Below, one piece after another: positions 9,798-18,055 of a DNA stretch of 29,569 nt. Every line of letters starts with the position of its first letter. Positions within the stretch are counted from its first letter, which is position 1. Source of the DNA: a virus (taxonomy: Duplodnaviria; Caudoviricetes); the IMG/VR virus record IMGVR_UViG_3300032277_000055, positions 1 to 29,569 of that record. One strand, 5' to 3'. Both the position numbers and the translations under genes were made by a program. Below the pieces are notes generated by a model. It was given only the letters and a program-made list of their open reading frames with translations, was not told where the DNA came from and made no database searches.

Positions 9798-9816
9798 AGT
9801 GTTATTCACTTAATGA

Positions 9817-9829
9817 TATCAATAGGTTG
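9817..9829 (+). promoter_or_regulatory. IHF-consensus site TATCAATAGGTTG
   Basis: Exact match to WATCAANNNNTTR; same offset from the promoter as the site at 25008-25020. Confidence 0.55.
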
Positions 9830-9832
9830 ACT

Positions 9833-9871
9833 AAAAAAAGCCCCCAAGGCACCGTTAGGTGTCTCAGGGGC
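9833..9871 (-). terminator. Intrinsic terminator ending the replication operon
   Basis: GCCCC-TGAG-ACACC...GGTG-CC-TTG-GGGGC followed by T7 on the minus strand. Confidence 0.85.
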
Positions 9872-9882
9872 ATAGTGTATGG

Positions 9883-10107
9883 CTAGTGGGCGCTCTTCAG
9901 GCGTATCTCTTGGGAGGCCTGGAGGAGTATATGAGCCAGCTCAGTGACTTCCTCAGGCTTCAGATAGAGGTAGTGTGTGGCTTCACCAGTGTCCTCTTGC
10001 ATCTCATAGATGAGGGCACCAGGGACGTAGTGAGGAGGGTCACCTAAGGCTGGAGCTGTAGTCCTGACACCTAAGGTTGGTGTGGTGTCTAGGGTGTACT
10101 TATTCAT
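9883..10107 (-). CDS. Hypothetical protein
   Basis: ATG overlaps the end of the upstream gene; last gene before the terminator. Confidence 0.6.
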   Translation of the reverse strand: MNKYTLDTTPTLGVRTTAPALGDPPHYVPGALIYEMQEDTGEATHYLYLKPEEVTELAHILLQASQEIRLKSAH

Positions 10108-10423
10108 CGGCACTCTCAGTCCCTCCTGTAGCATCCGCCACTGGACGCAGCAGGGTGATTGCTACACTGAGTGTATAGACATGCTCACTGCCATCGTCAT
10201 TCTCAAAGGCACCTGTGATCTCCATACCTGCAGCCTTGTCCTTGGACATCACCTTCATGAGCTTGAGGGCTATCTCGCCTAGCTCCTCAGGTGTCATGTT
10301 GGCCTCTTCCAGGTTGATCTGGTGGCGTACCTCAGGCTGAGGCACTGGTGAGGTCTCTCCGTTGATCTCAGGTATCACCTGCAGGATGTCTGGTGATAGG
10401 GTTTGGTTCTTGGGTTCAGTCAT
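10100..10423 (-). CDS. Hypothetical protein (107 aa)
   Basis: AGGAG SD directly after the RNR stop. Confidence 0.7.
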   Translation of the reverse strand: MTEPKNQTLSPDILQVIPEINGETSPVPQPEVRHQINLEEANMTPEELGEIALKLMKVMSKDKAAGMEITGAFENDDGSEHVYTLSVAITLLRPVADATGGTESADE

Positions 10424-10432
10424 AGGTCTCTC

Positions 10433-12100
10433 CTATACTCCACAGCTGCCACCACCCTTAGTGATATCGCAGATGTCGTGTGTTTGCTCAATGAACTCCT
10501 GGCCTACCTTAGAGATAGCCTCAGAGTACGGAACACTTGTCAGTGGCTGTCCACCTCGAGCTCCGTCTGGGTAACACGTAAAGCCTCTCAGTCTTGGTGC
10601 GTAGTGCGCCAAGGTCTTAGCGAAGTCCTTCACTGTGTCTGGGTTGTTGCTGTCTGATCCCCATGCTTCCATGTTGATAGTCGAGCTGATAGCCATGTCC
10701 ACATAGTCCTGGACATCTGCCTGGAACTTAATGCGTCTCTCATAGTCTCTGGCTAGGTCCACACTGCTCTCAATGCTGTCTGGATCTACATCATACCTCT
10801 CAATGAGGGACTTGGCTGCGTTATCTACGACATACTGATAGGCCCACTCTGTGCCGCCCTTTAGGTATCGTCGCTTGTAGGCTGTGGCGTATATTGGCTC
10901 AATGCCAGTAGTTGTTCCTGCGAGAATGCCAATAGTGCCTGTAGGTGCCACTGCTCTTGTTGCGACAGGCTCTGATACGCCAAGCTCATTGGCAGTACGT
11001 CTAGCAGTATCCGTAGAGACTGAGCTGTAGACTTGTAGCCACTCTCGAAGCTCATCATCGACCCCATAAGGTTTTCCTCTCTGTACCAACCATTCGTGGA
11101 CACCCATCAGGCCGAGGCCTAGGCGTCTGTTCTTGGCTCTCACCTGCCCCACCTTCTCGTAGGGCATATCTGCTCTCAGGGTTCCACATAGGAGGAACTG
11201 AGTGGCGAGGTTAGCGATGATGCCAAACTCATAGACACTGTCGATCCTTGCCATGTTGAGGGAGCCTAGGTTGCAGACGTCACTGTCATCTGAGGAGGTA
11301 ACCTCAGTGCAGGCGTTGCGTCCTGTCTCTCCCTCATGTTCATGGAAGTTGAAGCTGAAACCAGGCTCAGCTGTCCGCATTGCCTGCTCTACGTTCTTAA
11401 GGAAGACGTTGTTGACCTTATGTCCTTCGACCCACTTGGTGTCATAGTTCACACTGATGTTGGTCATGTCGAGAGGACACCTGAAGTTGAAGTCTTCACC
11501 CTTAGCGTCAGCATACGTCTTACCTGGGGCACCAGGCAGGGGTAGCTCATCCCAGTTCTTGATGGTGAGAAACTTTTCTATGTCACCATGGTCCCAATCG
11601 AGGGAAGCATACATAGCTGACCGCCTGGAGCCACCTTGCATGACATGAGTGCCAATACCGTTGATCATCTCCATCTTAGGGATAGGGCCAGACGCTAGAC
11701 CACCAGTGCGACCTAGGGGAGCTCCCTCAGGTCTGTACACAGAGTAGTCATTGCCTATGCCTCCACCAGTCATGAGGGCTCTCTCAGCTTTCCAGGAGAG
11801 GTATGCCCAGTCTTCCCTGGTGTCTTCCTCAGACTTGAAGATGTAGCAGTTGTTGTAGAACTTCACCTCACGACCAGCGTAGTAGATGTAGCGTCCACCT
11901 GGCATGAACTTGAAGTCCCTGATGGCCTCATAGATGGCGTGTACTGTGTCTTTGGGTAGTAGTCCTCCGCAGATGGCCTCTGCTATCACCCAGGCTCTCT
12001 CATCCCAGGTCTCATACTTGGTGAAGGCGTACTTGTTGTAGAACTGTGTCTCACTCCATTGGGAGTTAAACTGTGGGTTCATGTTGCTTATGAATGTCAC
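10433..12100 (-). CDS. nrdJ: Class II (adenosylcobalamin-dependent) ribonucleotide reductase (555 aa)
   Basis: FMPGGR, NNCY, RRSA, NACTE (NxCxE), VCNLGS, APTGT, ISSTIN and a C-terminal C..C pair; no nrdB-like beta subunit nearby. GTG start. Confidence 0.85.
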   Translation of the reverse strand: MTFISNMNPQFNSQWSETQFYNKYAFTKYETWDERAWVIAEAICGGLLPKDTVHAIYEAIRDFKFMPGGRYIYYAGREVKFYNNCYIFKSEEDTREDWAYLSWKAERALMTGGGIGNDYSVYRPEGAPLGRTGGLASGPIPKMEMINGIGTHVMQGGSRRSAMYASLDWDHGDIEKFLTIKNWDELPLPGAPGKTYADAKGEDFNFRCPLDMTNISVNYDTKWVEGHKVNNVFLKNVEQAMRTAEPGFSFNFHEHEGETGRNACTEVTSSDDSDVCNLGSLNMARIDSVYEFGIIANLATQFLLCGTLRADMPYEKVGQVRAKNRRLGLGLMGVHEWLVQRGKPYGVDDELREWLQVYSSVSTDTARRTANELGVSEPVATRAVAPTGTIGILAGTTTGIEPIYATAYKRRYLKGGTEWAYQYVVDNAAKSLIERYDVDPDSIESSVDLARDYERRIKFQADVQDYVDMAISSTINMEAWGSDSNNPDTVKDFAKTLAHYAPRLRGFTCYPDGARGGQPLTSVPYSEAISKVGQEFIEQTHDICDITKGGGSCGV

Positions 12101-12128
12101 GTTTGGTCATGATCTCTTTGTTATTGGT

Positions 12129-12335
12129 TCAGGCTTGTTGCACAGGTTGGATTACTGCGTGTTGATCCCCATCATACTTCGTCGGGGTATCCCCGAAGTA
12201 ATACACTAGAGGATAATAGTGTGTTCGCATGTTAAAGAGGTCTACGAGCTTCTGCTTGTCCTCTGACACGGCGATCAGATCCTTCCACTCGTAGTAGTCG
12301 TAGCTTAGTTCGAATAGTCCGTATACCACAGGCAT
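12129..12335 (-). CDS. Hypothetical protein (68 aa)
   Basis: TGATG coupling to the upstream ORF. Confidence 0.6.
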   Translation of the reverse strand: MPVVYGLFELSYDYYEWKDLIAVSEDKQKLVDLFNMRTHYYPLVYYFGDTPTKYDGDQHAVIQPVQQA

Positions 12336-12517
12336 CAGTGTCTCTCCCTATCATTTAGTGCTACACAGATGCGGTTGGCAAGCTCCATATCGAAGCACTC
12401 ACATACCACAGCATACTCATTAGCTCTTATTTGTCTCAGGGTATCAACTACAGTTGCATCAAAGCAGCAACCATGCCCTAGCTCTGAGCCTTCTCGTGTC
12501 TCGTATCTGTTCACCAT
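12335..12517 (-). CDS. Hypothetical protein (60 aa; HGCCFDATV, VCECF)
   Basis: Overlapping start and stop with neighbours. Confidence 0.6.
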   Translation of the reverse strand: MVNRYETREGSELGHGCCFDATVVDTLRQIRANEYAVVCECFDMELANRICVALNDRERH

Positions 12518-12762
12518 ATTGCTTTACCCATAGTCATACGGGTCTCCTGTTTGAGATAATCGAAATCATCAGGGTTCATCTCTTCGTTGGTCTTGATGAA
12601 CTCCCCGAAGGCAATCCAGTCGTTGAGGATCTCGTTGTACTCCATGACCATGCGCTGAAGGATAAGCATCTCTTGCTCGATCTCCTCAGCCTCTAGTCGG
12701 CCATCATGAAGTCCATCTTGGTATGCATCATGTGGGTCATCCCATCCCATTACGTCCACCAT
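12511..12762 (-). CDS. Hypothetical acidic coiled-coil protein (83 aa)
   Basis: Operon packing. Confidence 0.6.
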   Translation of the reverse strand: MVDVMGWDDPHDAYQDGLHDGRLEAEEIEQEMLILQRMVMEYNEILNDWIAFGEFIKTNEEMNPDDFDYLKQETRMTMGKAIW

Positions 12763-12941
12763 CCCCAGCGTGTGGACAGATCTGCGGCGTTAGGTATCCT
12801 GTCAATATCATATGATCTGCTCCGGGCTCTGCTTATACTCTCACCCTCAGGTAGCGTATCCACCTCGAGCTGTGCCAAGTAATCCTCTAGGATATTGATC
12901 CGATCACGGATGTAGTGGATGTCTTCGTCAGTTACACTCAT
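12750..12941 (-). CDS. Hypothetical protein (63 aa)
   Basis: GAGGT SD; operon packing. Confidence 0.6.
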   Translation of the reverse strand: MSVTDEDIHYIRDRINILEDYLAQLEVDTLPEGESISRARSRSYDIDRIPNAADLSTRWGWWT

Positions 12942-12955
12942 CTTTTGGTTACCTC

Positions 12956-13315
12956 TTAGTCGTAGATCTTAGCGTCTTCCCTGGTAGGGTAATGCGCCGA
13001 CAGTTTCATCTGGTCCCAACCATAGTTGATACCCTCAGTCTGTCTGAGAGGACCACCACCTGACCAGTAGGGGTTGAACCATACATACTCTGTCTCCTGG
13101 ACAGTGTTCTGCATATAGGCTGTGGTGTGCGCTATGACTACCTTCATGTTGATACAGTGGGCCTCTCCCTCAGTTACCTGGGGGAGAGGGTTTGTCCTGA
13201 TGTCTGTAGCAATATCAGTACACTGAGTTACATTCTCGACGTATATCAAGGATGGTGTAACCGTGCCACTGATCATCAGCCACATGAAGACAGCCCACTC
13301 TGTTACGAGAGGCAT
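12956..13315 (-). CDS. Hypothetical membrane-anchored/exported protein (119 aa)
   Basis: Hydrophobic N-terminus (WAVFMWLMISG) and two Cys. Confidence 0.6.
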   Translation of the reverse strand: MPLVTEWAVFMWLMISGTVTPSLIYVENVTQCTDIATDIRTNPLPQVTEGEAHCINMKVVIAHTTAYMQNTVQETEYVWFNPYWSGGGPLRQTEGINYGWDQMKLSAHYPTREDAKIYD

Positions 13316-13794
13316 TGGGCAATCAGCTGCTGTCTAGCGGTTGCCTGGTTGTTAGGGTCGTAGAGGATCTCACAGACACCCTCGACGGTAACCGTGCCTC
13401 CGGTGCCATCTGGGTAGTCTACAGTCTTGTCTACCAGTGTACAGAAGGCTGAGGACTTCACAACCCATCCTACTTGCCCGAAGTCTGCAGCCTGGCTGGT
13501 CTCAGCCTGTCGGTAGATATCCTGAAGGCCTGAGGCCTCCGCTACACAGGTAGCAGGGTCTACATCCTTGATGATCTCTGTAGCGATGGACACCAAGGAG
13601 CCTTCACCACTAGGAACCTCCTGGAAAGAGAACTTGTGCCCTACAATGGTACCCACCTGCACCTGTTTGGTACCAGCAAAGGCCAGCTCAGTGATCACGC
13701 CGATCATCAGGAGGGCCACGAAGATAGACATGATGGCCAGGAATAGGTTGTTGATTGAGTAGCGCGATGGCTTTGGTTGTTGGTCGTAGTTCAT
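13303..13794 (-). CDS. Hypothetical exported protein (163 aa)
   Basis: ATGA overlap with the upstream stop; hydrophobic stretch ending in A-F-A; four Cys. Confidence 0.65.
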   Translation of the reverse strand: MNYDQQPKPSRYSINNLFLAIMSIFVALLMIGVITELAFAGTKQVQVGTIVGHKFSFQEVPSGEGSLVSIATEIIKDVDPATCVAEASGLQDIYRQAETSQAADFGQVGWVVKSSAFCTLVDKTVDYPDGTGGTVTVEGVCEILYDPNNQATARQQLIAQCLS

Positions 13795-14138
13795 ATCTCG
13801 CAGTCTCCTCTGAGATAGTTGATGCGCCACTGGATACATTCCTGGGCCTTCTCTAGGTCCCTGATGGCACTTTCGTTCAAAGGACGGGTATCACTGTCAT
13901 CGCCTTTGTAGTTGTCTAGGTCTGGGTACTTCTTGAAGCCTGCCCTCATCACATACTTGATGGCAAAACACATCCACCCAGGCAGATCGTTCCGTAGGAA
14001 GAATGCTTTGGGTTGGATCTTGTAGCGGGTGTACCAGGAGGGTGTCTTGATGACATCCTCCATGGCATCTCTCAAGGTCTGAGCCTCGTGATGTGCTAAA
14101 GGCCTAGGTCTCTTGGTATAGTCGTTTGCCTTGTCCAT
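13791..14138 (-). CDS. DUF3310 / T7 gp1.7-like nucleotide kinase domain protein, divergent
   Basis: AAGGAG SD; P.WY..., AIKYVMRAG.K and DLEKA motifs. Confidence 0.65.
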   Translation of the reverse strand: MDKANDYTKRPRPLAHHEAQTLRDAMEDVIKTPSWYTRYKIQPKAFFLRNDLPGWMCFAIKYVMRAGFKKYPDLDNYKGDDSDTRPLNESAIRDLEKAQECIQWRINYLRGDCEI

Positions 14139-14415
14139 GAGGCTTCTCCTTAGTATATTCCTGTGACTTCTCAAGGGCCATCTCCAGGCGAACATCAGCG
14201 TACGCCCTAGCCTTAGAGACTGAGTAGATCCTGCTGGTTAAGCCAAAGGCAGCACTGCGCCAGCCAGTACATTCAGCCATCCAAGCAATATCCTCGTCAG
14301 AGTGGGTATCAATCTGCTGCCATTGAGGGCTCTCTGTCATTAGGCTCCAAGCTTTACCAATGTGGTTGATAAGCTCTTGTATGATAGCCTCTTCATTCCG
14401 CTCTAAGGCGTCCAT
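14104..14415 (-). CDS. Hypothetical protein (103 aa)
   Basis: GGAGGT SD; overlaps the end of the exonuclease gene. Confidence 0.65.
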   Translation of the reverse strand: MDALERNEEAIIQELINHIGKAWSLMTESPQWQQIDTHSDEDIAWMAECTGWRSAAFGLTSRIYSVSKARAYADVRLEMALEKSQEYTKEKPHGQGKRLYQET

Positions 14416-15170
14416 AGGATCACCTCCTGTTTATCTTTGTTCCAATCGTCAAACCTCAAGATCCTGGCGAGGCGCACCTGTGTCAGTGCATCCTCCTCAG
14501 TCAATCCATTGGCTATGAAGGCCTGCTTCACCTTCTCCCACAGGTTCACCCTGGCCACCCCTTCGAGGAGCTTCTCAGCCTTCTTAGGGCCTATGCCTGG
14601 TATCCCAGGGTAGTTGTCCACCTGGTCACCTGTGAGGGCCTGAGTGAACATGTAGTGGTCTGCTACAGCGTCAGTGATGAGCTCAGGGTCATTGCCTTCG
14701 ATCCATGTGAGACCTGGGATGGTCTTCATGTCCTTGTCTACAGACCAGATGATACCCTCATAAGGGCTGTTGGGGTTGGTCTGCATGATACCAAGGACGT
14801 CATCAGCTTCGAGGCCTGGACGGATCACCACCTTGTCCTTGAAGTCCTCTTCGATCCACTCACGGAATGGAGCCATGCCGATAGGCTTACGCTTGGAGCT
14901 TCTGTTCATCTTGTAGTCTGGGTACAGACCTTTCCTGAAACATGGGACACTGCGGTCTGTCAGGCAGATGTAGTATGGGCGACCTTGGACAATGTTGTTG
15001 ACCGCATTCGTGAAGTACGTCTTGGCCTTCCCCAGGTCACAAGAGATGGCCCACACATCACTAGGTTCACCCTCGTCATCATTGAGGCAGATCTCATGCT
15101 CTGAGGTGATCAGTGCTCGATAGACGAGTATGTCTCCATCGATATAGATGGCTTGTGGTTTACTCGTCAT
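14403..15170 (-). CDS. T7 gp6-like 5'-3' exonuclease (255 aa)
   Basis: IDGDIL, YK.NR, LEADDVLG, DKDM, GDQVDNYPGIPGIGPKKA, ARILR. Confidence 0.92.
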   Translation of the reverse strand: MTSKPQAIYIDGDILVYRALITSEHEICLNDDEGEPSDVWAISCDLGKAKTYFTNAVNNIVQGRPYYICLTDRSVPCFRKGLYPDYKMNRSSKRKPIGMAPFREWIEEDFKDKVVIRPGLEADDVLGIMQTNPNSPYEGIIWSVDKDMKTIPGLTWIEGNDPELITDAVADHYMFTQALTGDQVDNYPGIPGIGPKKAEKLLEGVARVNLWEKVKQAFIANGLTEEDALTQVRLARILRFDDWNKDKQEVILWTP

Positions 15171-15393
15171 CTTCACGCCCCATAATGAATGGGACAACAG
15201 CAGTCATAAGGATATCCCAATCCTCATCATCCATACCAGTAACGATAAACTCACGGTCAGCTGGTGATAGGTTAGGCCATACATCTTGGATCAGCTCACC
15301 ACCTTCCCAGCGGTCAACCTCCTCTTGGGTGATAGGCAGATCCTTATAGACTGTCACGCCGGGTAGTGTGAAACTCTCTCTGAATACTCTCAT
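15160..15393 (-). CDS. Conserved-looking small phage protein (LIQDVWPNLSPADREFIVTG)
   Basis: GAGGAG SD and ATGA overlap. Confidence 0.7.
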   Translation of the reverse strand: MRVFRESFTLPGVTVYKDLPITQEEVDRWEGGELIQDVWPNLSPADREFIVTGMDDEDWDILMTAVVPFIMGREDDE

Positions 15394-15668
15394 AATCTCT
15401 CCTCTTCTTCCAGCCAGCACAGCCCACCCTTGGTTACTCTCCAGGTGTCACTGTACATGCCAGGTTCTGTCCTTGTACTGATGAACCCATTGCAAGCCAG
15501 GGCGGCGATATATGACGCCTCAGCTCGAACTAGGTCACTCTTGGTCTTCTGTGGGTTCATGTATATGTAGTGCAGTAGGTCCAACTGGAGGCAACAGTCC
15601 GCCTCCAGCTCGTTCTCTATGGTCCACTGAGGGATAGCACTAGTGGGTGTCTGCCCAAGTTCGTCCAT
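15390..15668 (-). CDS. T7 gp5.7-like protein
   Basis: KSDLVRAEASYIAALACNGFIST...WRVTKGG resembles T7 gp5.7; syntenic after the DNA polymerase; GGAG-N7-ATG at 15668. Confidence 0.7.
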   Translation of the reverse strand: MDELGQTPTSAIPQWTIENELEADCCLQLDLLHYIYMNPQKTKSDLVRAEASYIAALACNGFISTRTEPGMYSDTWRVTKGGLCWLEEEERL

Positions 15669-17583
15669 AATTGTACTCCGCGTCTGTTGGTATCCGAATG
15701 CCGAGGTTCTCTCCAGCTGTGAGTGCTGCTTGAACCATGGCTTCACCAAGCTCTTCAACCATGGTGTGCCTCACAGCAACCTGGATCTCGTCATGTACCC
15801 AGGCAAGGATGCAGTATTGACCATCCCACCCATGCTTGTAGCCTCGTGCGTCCATCTCCCTGACAAACTCAATGATCCACCGCTTACTGACGATTGCACC
15901 ACAAGACTGTAGGAGGAAGTTGAGGGCACTGTGGCTAGACCTAGGCTCGATGATGCGGCCATCAATGCCTTTGATGTAACCCTGGTAGCCAGCCTTCTCT
16001 TTAACTGTTTCAATGAGGGTCTTAAGTGCAGGTAATGTCTTGAGGAACTTGGTCCTCATTCTCGTACCAGCAGCTGTCTGCTGTTCCTTGGTAGAGGTAG
16101 GCTTCAGGATAGACCCAAGCTTGGCGTTACCAGCCCCATATATGAAAGCATAGATGAACGTCTTTGCATCATCCCTCCCCTTGTCAGCCTCATGACCTTC
16201 AGTCGTTGTGTAGAGCTGCTTAGGGATACCAGCAGCCATTTGGTTGACTACGTGGATATCTTCTTCCAGGACCTTGTCACCATAGGCTCCTTTGTCCCAT
16301 GCAGCCATGTAATGGGCCAGACACCGCAGCTCAATACCACTGAGGTCACACCCCACCAAGGACCACCCTGGAGGCACCGTGAAGCCTTGCCGACACTCTG
16401 TGCCCATCTCAGACCGAGGGGCTGGCACCTGTGCTAGGTTAGGGCTTGAGTGTGTAGCTCTGGCTGTAGCAGCACCGTTGGTGTTGATCCTGTGGTGGAT
16501 CTTGGCAATGCCATCATCCCCTGTCTTGCACATCTTGAGCCAGCCTGTGTAGCCAGTTGCAATCTGTGCTAGGCGCTTGTTGAGGAAGAACACCTTACGG
16601 ATCTCCTCAGCCTCAGGGATGCTCTTACCGAGAGCTTCAAGGAGATCATCGTCAAGCTTAGGATCACCCTTGATCTTGACACCATCCTTGGTCTTATCCT
16701 TACCAAACTCCAGAGGTACCCACCCAAACTCATCCACCAGGATCTTAGCAACATGCCGCCTGGAGGTTGGGTTGAACTTCTCCTCCTTGTACTGCTTAAT
16801 AATGACACCCTCTTTGTAGCCAAGGGTCTTGTTGTCACGCTTAGGAGTGAAGTTCCTGTGGAAGAACCTGACAGTACCAAACTGATCCTGCAGTTTCCTC
16901 TTGAGGTCCTGCATCTCTGACCTGATCTCTGTCTCAAGCTTCTCGAGGTGCATGACGTCGATAGGGAAGCCATTACGTTCGATCTGAGAGGTGATGAAAC
17001 CTAGCTCCATCTCATAGTCCAACCACTCATACATGGTGGTGGCAGTAAATCTCTTGGACCCTTCCAGGAACCTGAAGAGACGTCTGTTGGTGATGACATC
17101 CTGCTCACAGTAGATCTGCATCTCTGGTGACCAGTTGTCGAAGCCATGCTCATATTGGATCTTGTGAACACCTAGGCGTATGCCCCAGGCCTTCAATGCG
17201 TGACTGTTGACCAGACGCACAGGAAACAGCTCAGGGTCTCTACGGTACCTAGGGAAGTCCTGCTTACGAAGATCAGGGTACAGACACCTGGCCATGATCA
17301 AAGTGTCAATGACTTTGCCTCTGTAGGTCCACCCTGGGACAAGCTTGTTGATGACTGGTATATCGAACCCGATGACGTTGTGGCCAATGATGACATCAGC
17401 CTCGCCTAAGATCTTAAGACCCACCTCAATAGGTAGGCCCCAGGCTGCGAAAGGCTTAGCCTGTAGTCTATCAGAGCAAGAAATAATCTCACCAGTGTCT
17501 ACGTCTTGCAGCACCAGTGAGTGGATGCGAGTGCATTCAGCTAGGAAGCCATCACACTCTAAGTCAAAGATGTATCTACTCAG
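15640..17583 (-). CDS. T7-type family A DNA polymerase with 3'-5' exonuclease; probable CTG start at 17583 (alternative ATG 17625)
   Basis: FDLECDG, GHNVIGFD, YCEQD, DLSGIELR, RDDAKTFIYAFIYG, VHDE. Confidence 0.95.
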   Translation of the reverse strand: MSRYIFDLECDGFLAECTRIHSLVLQDVDTGEIISCSDRLQAKPFAAWGLPIEVGLKILGEADVIIGHNVIGFDIPVINKLVPGWTYRGKVIDTLIMARCLYPDLRKQDFPRYRRDPELFPVRLVNSHALKAWGIRLGVHKIQYEHGFDNWSPEMQIYCEQDVITNRRLFRFLEGSKRFTATTMYEWLDYEMELGFITSQIERNGFPIDVMHLEKLETEIRSEMQDLKRKLQDQFGTVRFFHRNFTPKRDNKTLGYKEGVIIKQYKEEKFNPTSRRHVAKILVDEFGWVPLEFGKDKTKDGVKIKGDPKLDDDLLEALGKSIPEAEEIRKVFFLNKRLAQIATGYTGWLKMCKTGDDGIAKIHHRINTNGAATARATHSSPNLAQVPAPRSEMGTECRQGFTVPPGWSLVGCDLSGIELRCLAHYMAAWDKGAYGDKVLEEDIHVVNQMAAGIPKQLYTTTEGHEADKGRDDAKTFIYAFIYGAGNAKLGSILKPTSTKEQQTAAGTRMRTKFLKTLPALKTLIETVKEKAGYQGYIKGIDGRIIEPRSSHSALNFLLQSCGAIVSKRWIIEFVREMDARGYKHGWDGQYCILAWVHDEIQVAVRHTMVEELGEAMVQAALTAGENLGIRIPTDAEYNYGRTWADTH

Positions 17584-17608
17584 TGTACGTCTCCTTCTGT
17601 CTCTCTTC

Positions 17609-18055
17609 TCATTGTCCTTCTCCATTCAGTGCAGCAAGAGCGAGGGCTCGATATTCGTGAGCATCAGCCTCGCTTAATCTTTGCAGCGCATCATGCAACC
17701 GAGTGTTCTCTGCCTGTAGTTTTGTGACACGCCGTGACCAGGCAGCCTCAAGATCATCAATCGATTTATTGCAATCAACTAATTTTATCATCCGCAACAG
17801 GGTGTTCTCTTCCTTGAGCTTGGTGCGGCTTTCTGACATGAGCCACAGATCTTTTTCTTGCTGGTCGGTTTCCTCTTGCAGTTCTTTGACCACGCTCAGG
17901 TCTTCTCGGATAAACTTGACAGGCTCTGCACCGCAATCATCACATGCGTCCAGCCTATCTTTGCACCACAGCCTCCCCTCGGATTGGTATTCCTGACATA
18001 ATGGTTGTAGCCAAATATGCTTGTGGTCTTCTGTCTCACTGGTCTCAGAAGTCAT
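17609..18055 (-). CDS. Hypothetical protein with Cys cluster and coiled coil (148 aa)
   Basis: Overlaps the helicase stop; HIWLQP, GRLWC and CDDCG motifs. Confidence 0.7.
   Translation of the reverse strand: MTSETSETEDHKHIWLQPLCQEYQSEGRLWCKDRLDACDDCGAEPVKFIREDLSVVKELQEETDQQEKDLWLMSESRTKLKEENTLLRMIKLVDCNKSIDDLEAAWSRRVTKLQAENTRLHDALQRLSEADAHEYRALALAALNGEGQ

Noticed and set aside
12066-12110. 14-aa out-of-frame uORF overlapping the RNR start, or a cobalamin riboswitch
   Set aside because: Weak SD and easily explained by chance; the intergenic space is far too short for a riboswitch.
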